Source: Octopus sinensis | Lineage: Eukaryota | Length of the DNA stretch: 64,000 nucleotides | Direction of reading: 5' to 3' | NCBI RefSeq assembly: GCF_006345805.1 | Contig: NC_043002.1 | Location: 69,688,001 to 69,752,000, forward strand | Shown here: positions 52,373 to 64,000 of the stretch, piece by piece | How the letters are laid out: the number at the start of each line of letters is the position of its first letter | How positions within the stretch are numbered: the first letter of the stretch is position 1 | Notes under the pieces: model-generated | What the model saw: the letters and a program-made list of their open reading frames with translations, nothing else | What the model was told of the DNA's origin: nothing | Databases searched by the model: none | Translations under genes and position numbers: made by a program

Positions 52373-54279
52373 TCCACTAAATAAAAATGAGTTGAATTTC
52401 CTCTCTCCTATATTTCTGTTTTCCTGCTATTGAGAACAGCAAAGCCATCCTTGAACCTGCAACACAACCGACTATAAGTAGGGTAAGAGAGAAGTTTTGC
52501 TTCAGAGTGGACTACGTTCAGTGGAATACTTCAACCTCTCCTTCTGAGGTCTGTGCGCACTGTTTAAGCACTCAACCTTGACGAAGAGTGGTGAGTGTTG
52601 CCAAGATCCTGGATGAAATTCCAATTACTTCAAGCTTTCCTTAAATATTGTCTTTGTAGTGTAGGAATGATCCCCTCACTCCTTGTGGGAATTAGGGTTG
52701 TGATATAAAGCAATGTTTTACAGATTCTGGTACCTTCCATAAGAAGGCCGTGCCTTACTCAGCGCATTTTTGCACGTAACAAATGTTTCAATGCACTTAC
52801 GTTTAAAGATATTGCTGTTTGGCATCTTATCTGTTATGTGTGAGTTTTGCATAACCTATCTTTGCACGAGAACAAAAGTTTGACATCACGAGAAGAATAA
52901 TTGTTTTAGCATGTGAAGGCTATCAGTAGGTCTTTCTGGCAGACTGAATTTTTTCACGTCATGGTTGTTTTACTGACTTATTTTCTGAACTTGTAGATTA
53001 CAACCCTTATTACATTTCAAAGAAATTTTAGTTTGGTGGGGTTAATACGTTATAATTTATTCCTCCATTAAACCCATAAACAAAACGGCGAATTGACGGA
53101 GTCGTTAGGATTGTTGGACAGAATACCTTGCTATATTTGTTTCCGACATTTTAAGTTCAAATCCTGCCGTGGTCAACTTTGATTTTCCTGCTCGGGGAGG
53201 GAGTGGATAGAAAAGTATCAATTTAAGGCAGGGGATTGCTAGAACAGGGAGTCGAGTGAGATGACTTGCGGTATGTGTTCCAGGCCTACCCACACACCTA
53301 GATTTTAACGGTCAATATGAATGGACAGAGACCCTGGCTACCCTCAGGGATATAAACATTAAATAATAATAATTTGACCATTGTTTGAAAGATGCTTCAT
53401 AAATATTATTTTCTACTATAGGCACAAGGACCGAAATTTTGGGGGAGGGGGCCAGTCGATCAGATCCATCCCAGTACACAACTGGTACTTAATTTATCGA
53501 CCCCGAAAGAATGAAAGGCAGTCAACCTCGGCGGAATTTGAACTCAAAACGAAAAGACAGACGAAATGATGCTTCATAAACATTGTAATGTGAAGGCGCC
53601 TGTTTTAGTGGTTAGGGTATTCGGCCCACGATCATCAGGTCGTGTGTTCGATTCCCGGTAGTGCGTTGAGTCCTTGCATAAAACACTTTATTTCACGTTA
53701 CTCCAGTCTACACAGCTAGCAAAAATGAGTAGTCCCTGTATTTCTAAGGGCCAGCCATGTCACATTGTGTGTCACGCTGAATCTCCCCGAGGACAATTGC
53801 AACCCTCGTCGTCGTAACCGACGGAGTGCCAGCAATGTCTTCTTCATATTCTGCATAAAGAAATAATTTAATTTTCCTACATTCGAGGCCGTGACTACTG
53901 TTAAAGAAAGATGTAGAAGAGCTTTAACTGGTCTTATTGCCAGAATCTTGCCTAAGTGAATCCAAAAGGCTCAGCCTTCTATTGGACAGAACTTATATTC
54001 AGGAAATAAACCACCCTTCTTTCTAAGTTTAGGCCAAGATTTTTAAATTTGCGAGGCAGTAAGCACTTTACTTTTATTCCTAGTTTTACAGAACAATGTA
54101 GTTATTCCTAATTTTACAGAACAATGTCATACTATACGCCAAACTTCATTATTCAGCGTCCTTTTGTAAGGCAGTTCATAACGGTTGAGTCTGATTAGGC
54201 TGTTATTTCTAACAGGTTGTTATTTCCAGCAGGGTATTATTTCTATAGGCTTTCTCAGTAACTCATAGTATCTGTGGAT

Positions 54280-54778
54280 GTTGTTGTTGTTGTTGTTGTT
54301 ATTCTTCTTCCAATCAGGACTCACACCATTAGCCGCAACCAATAATCTCTAATTCGTGCCTACTCTAAGCTACTAAGAATGCCTGCGGCAACTTGAAGAT
54401 CCACCCACCACACGCGATAGACTGGCGGTTGCACGGGCGCGAAAGCTACGTTGTTATCCTCATTCCGTAAACGGTGGCTTTTAACGGGTGGAGAACTGAA
54501 CCATCCTGGGATTCGCAATCTAGACTAGGGTCTGAGAGTTTACCATACCATAGTGGGCTACACCATGGTTCCTCTGCTTTGTGGCAGAAGCAGGAAGAAA
54601 TAGTGAGAGAAAGTTGTGGTGAAAGAGTACAGCGAGGTTCAACACCACCCCCGCCGGAGCCTCGTGGAGCTTAGGTATTTTTGCTCAATAAACACTCACA
54701 ATGCCCGGTCTGGGAATCGAAACCGCGTTCTTACGACCGCGAGTCCGCTGCCCTAACCACTGGGCCATTGCGCCTCCA
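54280..54778 (-). mobile_element. SINE family C composite variant with (AAC)n tail
   Basis: Reverse complement of 9115-9470 plus a further ~150 bp and tail. Confidence 0.85.
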
Positions 54779-55702
54779 CTGTGGTTGTTGTGAAAGTTGC
54801 TGATGTTTTTGGACTTGTTTAGTCTAAGAGTAGACTTGATATCAGTCATTCCTGCCGTGACCATCCTGTTTTTCTACATACAAGGCGTTCAGGACCCTAA
54901 GATCCATCATGCCTGTTTCTAAGTGGGCAAGATGTATTTGAGGGAGATTTAGCTACTATATTTTGCAGAGCAAGCGACCTCCCAAAGCTCCCACATTAAC
55001 TCATATTATCTAGGTCGTCTATTCGTGGTGAACGCCTTTTATAAAGTTGTAATATTTCAGCCAACACCAATATTCTTTAAACTTCGAAGTTTGTATACAT
55101 TCCGTTTCTACAGTGAATTTGGTATTTCCGCCTGGGAAATTCTTCGTACGAATTGTTATGTATATTGTTTTGCAGCGAATCTATGCTTCACAGGAAGATT
55201 AGTACATAACGGAAATGTCTCGGCAGCTGCTGATGTTGGTTATATCTTCCACATCCGACATTTTCAAAACAAAATATGGCGGCTTCAAAACAACAATGAC
55301 ACATTTATTTATTAGCCTAGAGATTGTTATATCCTGTTCCTAGATAGCGAAGATATATTCTTTTTCTGTAAGATTCTAGGTAGTTCTTAGTATTTGCAGT
55401 ATTTACTTTTTAAACTGCGGTGTGAATGCCTTGCAAATTTTTCGGGCAGTCATATGGATGTGGGTTTTCTTCATTTCGTTCAGATCTTCAGTCTGCTGAA
55501 GCACCTTAAGGTCATACAGAATATCTCTATGTTTAAAACGGTTTCTCTGAGAAAGTGATTCTCAACCACTAATCTTTCAGTGTCCCCTTTTCACTGATCA
55601 GGGTTCTACAAGCGCTTGCTCTCCATTTTTTGCTGAAAAAAAAGCCTTAACAAAACAACAGAATATTCCAATCAAGCAAAAATGAAATTTTTACAATTTA
55701 CT

Positions 55703-56320
55703 CTTTTACTCATTTACTTGTTTCAGTCATTTGACTGTGGCCATGCTGGAGCACTGCCTTAAAGGATTTTAAACGAAGACTTATTCTTTGTGAGCCTAGT
55801 ACTTATTCTATCGGTCTCTTTCGCTTAACCGATAGATTACAGGAATATAAACACACCAGCATCGGTTGTCAAGCGATGACGGAGAGGGGAAACACAGACA
55901 CGCACACACACACACATAGATATATGCATATATATATATTATATATATATATATACATACAACGGGCTTCTTTCAGTTTCCGTCTACCATATCCATTCAC
56001 AAGGCTTTAGTCGGCTTGAGGCTATAGAAGACACTTGCCCAAGGTGTCACGCAGTGAGACTGAACCCGAAGATATTTTTAATAGAAATTGCTAGAATTTA
56101 TTTAACTCTAATATTGGCACAAGGCCACCAATTTCCATGGCAGGGTGCAAGTCAATTGCACCGACTACAGTACTAGATTGGTACTTTACTTTATCGACCC
56201 TGAAGGGATCAAAGACAGTCAACCTCGGCGGACTTTGAACACGGAACGTTAAAAGTCGGGAGAAATGCTGTTTAGCATTTTGTTCGATACACTGAGAATT
56301 TTATCAGTTCGCCGCCTTGA
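55703..56320 (-). mobile_element. SINE family A (55703-56070) and family B (56110-56320)
   Basis: Family motifs. Confidence 0.8.
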
Positions 56321-56869
56321 GAATTTATAGAATGCAATTTTATTAGACTTTGGCGCATCACCGATCATTTTCCCTCTGCCTGCTGATAATACTTTGTTCT
56401 TATATTCGAGCCTCGACAAAGATTTTGGCAAGACTTCCGCCCGTCCCTCCCCTCCAAACCAACCTTTTTTAAAACTTTTTTTTTTCGACACAAACCCCGC
56501 TTTTCGGCTACGGGGAATACGAATCTGCAAGAAAATTGGCAAAAATTGACATTTCTAAATTAACCCCCCCCCCCCCCCCCCCCCACCCATTTCCTTCATT
56601 TTAAACTTTTTTCAGAATTTTTTTCTAAAAATATGCGGAAAAATATGGAGATTATGATTTTGAAAAAATTTCCAAAATCTTTTGGCTATTTTACCCAACA
56701 ACAAGAACTACTACTACTACTACTACTAGTTATAGTAGTAGTAGTAGTAATAATAATAATAATAATAATAATACAACGATCTTCTCTGCCCTAGGTGTAC
56801 GGGAAACACTCGGCGAGAAATGGAAGAAAATTTGAGGAAAGAAGGATAAAAAATAATAATAATCAACAG

Positions 56870-57456
56870 AAGAAGAAGAATTCTACATGACCAGTTCATG
56901 CAGCAAATGGAGCAAGCTGGAGGTGAAGAAAGCTAGTTGCAAGTGAAGGATGGTAACTTGGAAAGAAACTGAGAGGTCATTTATAACCACTCAGGAACAA
57001 GACTTTAGAGTGAAGTTGATAAAACCTAAAGATTGATATAACTCAAACACAGAAAACATGTAAAATGTGTGGAAAAGGGGACGAAAGTTTTTAACCATCT
57101 GCTAAACAAGCGCACTAAGCTTGCGCAGAATAAAAAAAAAATAAATGTTCAAATAAGCTGGCATGACTGTGTTGGTGAAAGAGTGCATTGGGATGTCAGC
57201 CAAATTTGTAGATTTGAAGTGAAGGAGAAGTTGTGTGAATGCCAGTCAGAGGGGTGTCAGGGTGAATGATAACCTTAAGATATTATTGGATTTCTCCATA
57301 GAGACTGATGAAAGTACTGAAGTGAGGAAAACGGGTATGGTAGTGAAACAGAAAAAAAAATCCCACAAATATTGTAAGATCATTGACTTGTAATCCCTTA
57401 TGATAGTTGAGTGGATATCAAGGAATCCGAGAAAATTGAAAATAGCAGGGGGGAGA

Positions 57457-57520
<64 letters not shown>

Positions 57521-57542
57521 TGAGAGAGAGAGAAAGAGAGAA

Positions 57543-57579
<37 letters not shown>

Positions 57580-57860
57580 AAGAAGAGAGAGAGAGAGGAA
57601 GAGAGAAAGGAGAGAGAGGAGAGAGAAGAGAGAGAGAGAAATTGTAGAACACAACAGTGAAAAATATTCTTGTATTAATTTCTGTACTCGGCACAATAGT
57701 CATACTACTGTCCAAAAAAAACTGAAGGACATTGGAATTCAGACTCAAACAGTCGACCTGCAGAAAAGTGTTTTCCTGAATTCTACAACAAACCCAAGAA
57801 AGATTCCTGAGATTCGAAGAGACTTGGAGTCACCAAACCTCATGACAGCATCTCTGCTAA
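56870..57860 (+). mobile_element. R4/Dong-like non-LTR relic (CCHC + RLE), interrupted by (GA)n at ~57455-57640
   Basis: LHDQF..ETE..TQEQ; CKMCGKGDES/NHLL..TKLAQ; HDCVGERVHWD; KILLDFSIETD; DIKESEKIEN; LKDIGI..DLQKSV. Confidence 0.8.
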
Positions 57861-58472
57861 CGAAATTAGCAGTGACAAGAAACTCTCAAGAGAGCTGAAC
57901 TGCGGGAGGTGTTCAGAGAAGAATCCTTACCTCGGGCAAGTATTTCGGCCCTTATTTCACTGTATGGGGGCCGAGCCTCATCCAGGTCCTTATTCCTGGG
58001 TGCCTTTTTACTTACACTTATTAGCCACTTTGATTTCAAGGACTTGTGCATTTAAACCGCCAGTAGATTTCATCTAATTATAACCTCTCTCCGTTGACTC
58101 CGCTTTCACACTTCTACTTACAGAGATAACATTGGCTGTCATAGTATCGGTGATTTAGTTTACAAATAATAATGTTTTGTACAATGGCATGAGAACTAAA
58201 ACTGAATATTTTGAATATTCTGCTGTTTACGCTTTTCATTATAGTGCAGAAAAGTGAAATTAAATGGTCTCTTTCGGCCATTGAAATTTGTTGCATTCGA
58301 GACAAGCTTATTGAAAAAAGATATGAAAAAACATCACATCCGCTCTTCCACTTAAATTATTTCTGAATTATTTCAAGTATGATGTAAAGATGTTGTGCAA
58401 TAAAATAATGTAGACGTCTCTGATGGGAACCCAGTAAGGCTCGAAAATCGATTAAGGTTGTTCATTTTTATA

Positions 58473-58875
58473 GGCGCAGGAGTGGCTGTGTGGTAAGTAG
58501 CTTGCTTACGAACCACATGGTTCCGGGTTCAGTCCCACTGCGTGGCATCTTGGGCAAGTGTCTCTACTATAGCCTCGGGCCGACTAAAGCCTTGTGAGTG
58601 GATTTGGTAGACGGAAACTGAAAGAAGCCCGTCGTATATATGTGTATATGTGTGTGTGTATGTTTGTGTGTCTGTGTTTGTCCCCCCCAACATCGCTTGA
58701 CAACCAATGCTGGCGTGTTTATGTCTCCGTCACTTAGCGGCTCGGCAAAAGATACTGATAGAGTAAGTACTAGGCTTACAAAAAAATAAGTCCCGGAGTT
58801 GATTCGCTCGACTAAAGGCGGTGCTCCAGCATGGCCGCAGTTAAATGACTGAGACAAGTAGAAGAGTAAAAGAGT
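58473..58875 (+). mobile_element. SINE family A, full-length reference copy
   Basis: A box TGGCTGTGTGG, B box GGTTCAGTCC, internal microsatellite, GAGTAAAA tail. Confidence 0.92.
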
Positions 58876-59119
58876 AATAATAAAGTTGCATGGATTAGTT
58901 AGATGGTTCTCACTTTTAACTTGCCACGTTTTCATATCTTAGTGTGACCGTCCATCACGAAAAGAGAAAAAATACTACCTCGATGCCTTTTTACTTGTCG
59001 GCGCCAAGCTACAGTTAAATGAAAGCCTGGAGTGGATTAATACATGAAGCTACATTGAATGCGTTACAAGAAACCAGATTCAATCATCGCTGACGTAACT
59101 TTGCTAATAATAATGTTTT

Positions 59120-60150
59120 ATAAGGCGGCGAGCTGGCAGATATGTTAGCAGCCCGAGCGAAATGCTTAGCGGTATTTCGTCTGCGTTACGTTGTGAGTTC
59201 AAATTCCGCCGAGGTCGACTTTGCCTTTCATCCTTTCGGGATCGATAAATTAAGTACCAGTTACACACTGGGGTCGATGTAATCGACTTAATCCGTCTGT
59301 CTGTCCTTGTTTGTCTCCTCTGTGTTTAGCCCCTTGTGGGTAGTAAAGAAATAGGTATTTCGTCTGCCGCTACGTTCTGAGTTCAAATTCCGCCGAGGTC
59401 GACTATACCTTTCATCCTATATATCGTTAGTACCAGTTGCGTACTGGGGTCGAACTAATCGACTGGTCCTCTTCCCCAAAATTTCGGGCCTTGTGCCTAG
59501 AATAGAAAACAATAATGTTTTCTAACATTGGCACTAACATTTTCTAACATTGCAAAATTTAGGTGGCACAATCGTTTGCGTGTCGGAAATAATATATACT
59601 TCCTGCTGTTTACATTCTGAGCTCAAACTTTGCCTTTCCTCTCTTAGGGATCGATGAAAGAAGTATCATTGAGCACTGAGGTCGATATAATCGACTTGTA
59701 CCCTCCCAAGAAAATTACTGGTATTATGCCAATACTAGAAAGTAGTGGCTTCAAATTCTGGTCGAAGGTCAGCAATTTCAGGCGAAAAATAAGTCGATTT
59801 CTTCGACCCCCAGTGTTCTACTGGTACTTATTTCATCGACCCCGAATGACTGAAAGACAAAGTCGGCTTCAACTAGATCTGAGTTCGAATGTTAAGAGCT
59901 AGAAGTACTCGACTGAGAGGATGAAAGATAGAGTTGACCTCGACGTGACTTGAACGTAATGGTTTCTGATTTAGGCAGATGGTCATCAGTTTCGATGAGA
60001 GATGATTAGTCGATACCATCGATTCCCAATACTTGATTGGTACTTTATTTTATTGACTTCGGGGGAATGAAAAGCAAAGTTGATCCCGGCGGGATTTGAA
60101 CTCAGAACGTAAAGAACCGAAACTAATGACGCACGCTTTAACGATTCTAC
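59120..60150. mobile_element. SINE family B cluster (dimer 59120-59510(+); degenerate copies to 60150 on both strands)
   Basis: Head aaggcggcgagctggcag..; junction gtaaagaaata|ggtatttcgtc near 59345-59360. Confidence 0.85.
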
Positions 60151-62164
60151 CAATTCGCAGTACCGAGTTATTACTTGTTTTACAAAAGAACGCTGTGAAA
60201 ATACGATGAAATTTAAGCAGACAGACACGCCATAATATGGCGAATTGTTAGTCTGACAGCGTTCTTTTAGACGAAAAAAAAATGACAATTGTGTTTGAAT
60301 TATTGACATAGCAATGCCTGTTGACAATAATGTATAGAAAGGAGCTGAAATTTTAAGGAATTACACTGACCTATTTGTTGAATTAAGAAGCAATATGACA
60401 ATGAAAGAATTTGTTTGTCTCTCCGTTTCTAATTGGCACAACTTGAGTGACACATTTCTGTAAAAACACTGGAAAAAATTAGTGTATAACGATAAACATA
60501 GGCAAGTTCCAGATAATATCAATATCAGGATCTATAAATAATTTTAGGGTATTTTTAAATGGTATTTTTGTTCAACTTAAACAAATTTCTAAATCTTAAA
60601 CATTTTCGTTGACATTCAAAACCGCTTAGTTAATCGTAAATATTTTCTATGTATGATCTCAATTTTACAAGTTTGTTAACCTGGAACTTCTTCGTTGGTC
60701 GTGATAACCTTTGTTAATCTTGTACGCTTCTTTACCTCTTCTGCAAAATTCATTTAAACTTTGTTTCAAGAAATAAAACCTTTGATGCATGCCCAACGCA
60801 ATCACAAAAAGCATTACCGCCGCTCGCTATTGGTATTACTTGCTAGCATGTAGCATGCTTTCGCTAATTGTTTTAGAGGCATGTAGTTGTGAGCTTACAT
60901 ACATATACTCATGTAATCCCCTTTCTCGTGACCCAACGAAACATTGAGGAAAGAGAGAGAATGGTCTGCTGAGTAGACTGAAGTAACTTAAAATAAAATT
61001 CTTTTCTCAAGAACACGACTCGTTACTCGGTACAGATGTGAGCCTACAGACATAGGGTCGTGAGGTCAACACTCCTACCACTCGCCCACGCGCCTTCACA
61101 AACATCACCCAATAATATAACACAACACATACGCTTAGATAATCGTTCTACTATATTATTATACCGAACACCAACTCTTCATACAGCTCACGTTCTATAC
61201 AATTGACATTCATTAACCCTTTCACTGCCAAATATTTTATTCATATTTTTTGGCTTTGCCAAGTGTCTTAGGAGTTAAAATAATATATAGCATTTAAATT
61301 TTCTTCATATGTGAATTATTTTGGAAATCATTATAAAGTTTTCGAAAAGTCCCAAATGGGGATCTCTGGAAAAAAAAGCATATTGCAATAATAAAAATTT
61401 TAGTTTTTCTGAAACTATAGTATCAAATGCAAATGTGTATGAAACATCAATGAATGATATAGATGGGAAATGTTCAATATTTTTGTAGTCCACAAATTAC
61501 GATTTATGACAAAATGTCCTCTAGAATTATCCAGAGAGCTTATAATGACAAAATTTAACTACTAAATGTTATCAAACACACCTGTGCAAATTCAAACAGT
61601 TCACTTTAAATACAACGAACAATCGACAGTGAGATTGTTTTTAGCACATCCTCAAATGGGGCTCATGGAAGGCAATGGATTAATATAGCTAAATTCGCAG
61701 GACAAGCTGACGATGGCAGCCATTCAAGACATCTCGGTCTTCAGAGTCGTCAAGTCATGTGTTCGGGATGTTCGAAATGAAAGAGAAAAGCGAAATTAAT
61801 AAAAGGAACAATTTATTCCTATCTAAAATAACCGAATGCGCGATAAATAGTCCGCTTTGTAGCCGGGTAGTTATGGGTTCAGTTCCACTGCTCGGCTCCT
61901 GAGACAAATATCTTCGGGTATTGCTTTGGACTAACCAATGATTTGTAAGATAATTTGATAGACATAAACATCGAAAATTCCACCAGGTGTGTGTGCGTGC
62001 GAGTATGTGTGTGTGTGTATTTCCATGTTTGGGTATATGTGTATTATGTGTATGTATGTATATATGTATTTATGCTTGTAGTATGTATGTATGTATATAT
62101 GTATGTATGTATAATCCCACACACATATATACATACGTTATACATACACACACACATGTATATG

Positions 62165-63349
62165 ATAGGTGCAGGCGTGGTTGTGTGGTAGAAAGTTTGC
62201 TTCCCAGCCACGTGATTTCGTGTTCAGTCCCACTGTGTAGCACCATGGGCTTCTACCATACCCCCGGCCGACCAAAGTCTTCTGAGCGGATTCGGTAGAC
62301 AGAAACTGAAAGAGGCTTGTCGTGTGTGTGTACATATGTATACATACATACATGATGGTGGTGGTTGTCTACTCTTTATGCAGAGTTTGATCACTTCCTG
62401 TACTTATCACCATCATAGCATCTGATGTGGGTTTTTTTTAAACCAGACAATATTCTGAAAAGACACCCACATAGATTGCACCTCCGATCTGGACCACCAA
62501 GAGCTGCAGATAAGTTCTGCCCTTTCTTGAATTTAAAATGTGTTTTGGGGCCTCCGTTGGATTTGCAAACCTGGCATACACTGCATTCAAATGTGTGCAC
62601 ATACATATAGGCAGAATAGTTTCCATGCGTTCGCAGATGAGATTTGAGGCCATCAAAAGACAGGCATGGTCTGTCACAGACTGTGCACCAAAAAGGTCAT
62701 TGTCATTCATCTACTCTACAATTTTTTGTATCTGCATTTGACTCGACTTGTGTTGATTTTGGCTTGAAAAAAAAAAAAGAAAAAAAAACAGTTGTAATGT
62801 ATCAACCTGCGTGTGGTGTTGTTTCTAACCCCACTAAAATTTTTGCTAAGGGAAAGATACTAGAGCTTGTCGATTCTTTCGTCTACTTTGGAAGCTCTGT
62901 TCGAAATGATGGAAATCTCGATACAGAAATACATCTGCGAATTCGAAGGGCAGCAAAACCATTTGGTGGTTTGGAGTTACGCGTTTGGTGCCAACGACAT
63001 ATAAATAAGAATACAAAGCTGGCTCTTTCCAAATCATTTGTCTTACCATCCCTGTGGTATTCCTGGGAAACATACATATATGCAGACACACATATACATA
63101 CATACATACATACATATACATACACACACATACACACACACATAATATAATATATACTATATATATGCATTACATATATATACATATACATATATACACA
63201 CACCACAAAACATATACTATTATATATATATATATATACATACACACACACACACACACACATGTGCGCGCGTATGTGTACATGAGTTTTTGTGTTTGAG
63301 TTTGTTTCTCACCACAGCTTGACAACTGGTGCATATATATATATAGATA

Positions 63350-63405
<56 letters not shown>

Positions 63406-63548
63406 GTATATTATATATATATGGATATGTATTATATATATGTATATATATATATGATATATATGTATGTATATATATATATATGTATGTATATATAGAT
63501 ATATATGTATATATATATATATATTATATATATGTATATGGTATATAT

Positions 63549-63615
<67 letters not shown>

Positions 63616-63770
63616 GTATATATGTATGTTGCCTAGGCAGTTTAGACAAAGCAAAACAAAACAGAAACGTACTGGGGTGGGGTCGAGTTCTTCGACTAAA
63701 CTCACCAAAACTGGTGCCCCAGCATGGCCGCAGTTTATTGGCTGAACGATGTCAAAGAAATAAAAGGAAA
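62165..63770 (+). mobile_element. Diverged SINE family A split by an RTE insertion
   Basis: 5' half 62165-62325; 3' half 63290-63770 (cttgacaac..gcccc agcatggccgcag). Confidence 0.65.
62370..63068. mobile_element. RTE-clade LINE relic with internal inversion
   Basis: Plus strand 62700-63065: LQ..FGL..KTVVMYQP..VDSFVYFGS..YSWET. Minus strand 62696-62391: C-terminal zinc-finger ORF and a short ACC/CAT tail. Confidence 0.8.
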
Positions 63771-64000
63771 AAATATGTATAACAGTCAACAAAATACATT
63801 ACATTACATAACGCGTACGCCGGACCAGAAGACTAAACATTAAATTAACGCCTCAAAGGAACGACACAAATCTCACATAAATTCCCTCGTGGGGCAGTTA
63901 CATAATAACAACTATATTTGTTGCAGACACACAAACAGAGTTAGTGTATTGTCGTTTAATCGACGCTACGAATTGACGGCTATTTATATTAACGATCAAA

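Noticed and set aside
52500-52600. Exon-like ttcag|..GTG|GTGAGT segment
   Set aside because: All three frames are closed.
56563-56586. Poly-C run (G-quadruplex potential on the minus strand)
   Set aside because: An isolated homopolymer with no supporting context; its length may be unreliable.

Overview
This is an AT-rich, repeat-saturated eukaryotic window. The SINE families look like those of Octopus/cephalopods (inference from pattern recognition). I cannot support any host protein-coding gene, tRNA/rRNA gene or CRISPR array; most ORF-track entries are microsatellite translations. The window is a layered retroelement graveyard. It holds three Tx1/L1-clade LINEs (a convergent pair at ~25.9-29.3 kb and a long ORF2 relic at 46.4-49.7 kb), two RTE relics, three CR1-like relics and four RLE-type relics (R4/NeSL/HERO-like). 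It also holds a Penelope-like element with GIY-YIG and inverted arms, several tRNA-derived SINE families, pogo/Tigger-like MITEs and a TIR family with telomere-like internal repeats. The signals most worth following up are: (1) type I hammerhead ribozyme folds inside small fold-back elements sitting in or next to (TA)n tracts (9746-9806, 6585-6636, plus degenerate copies); (2) a small stem-loop directly before AATAAA, with compensatory changes, shared by a Tx1 LINE, a HERO-like RLE LINE, an orphan 3' end and a SINE tail; (3) Tx1 3' ends embedded in (TATC)n in the same orientation, twice; (4) an inverted RTE whose C-terminus carries three C2H2-like fingers; and (5) a GGGATC-TIR family with 6-bp target duplications. 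All alignments and folds were done by eye and boundaries are approximate.
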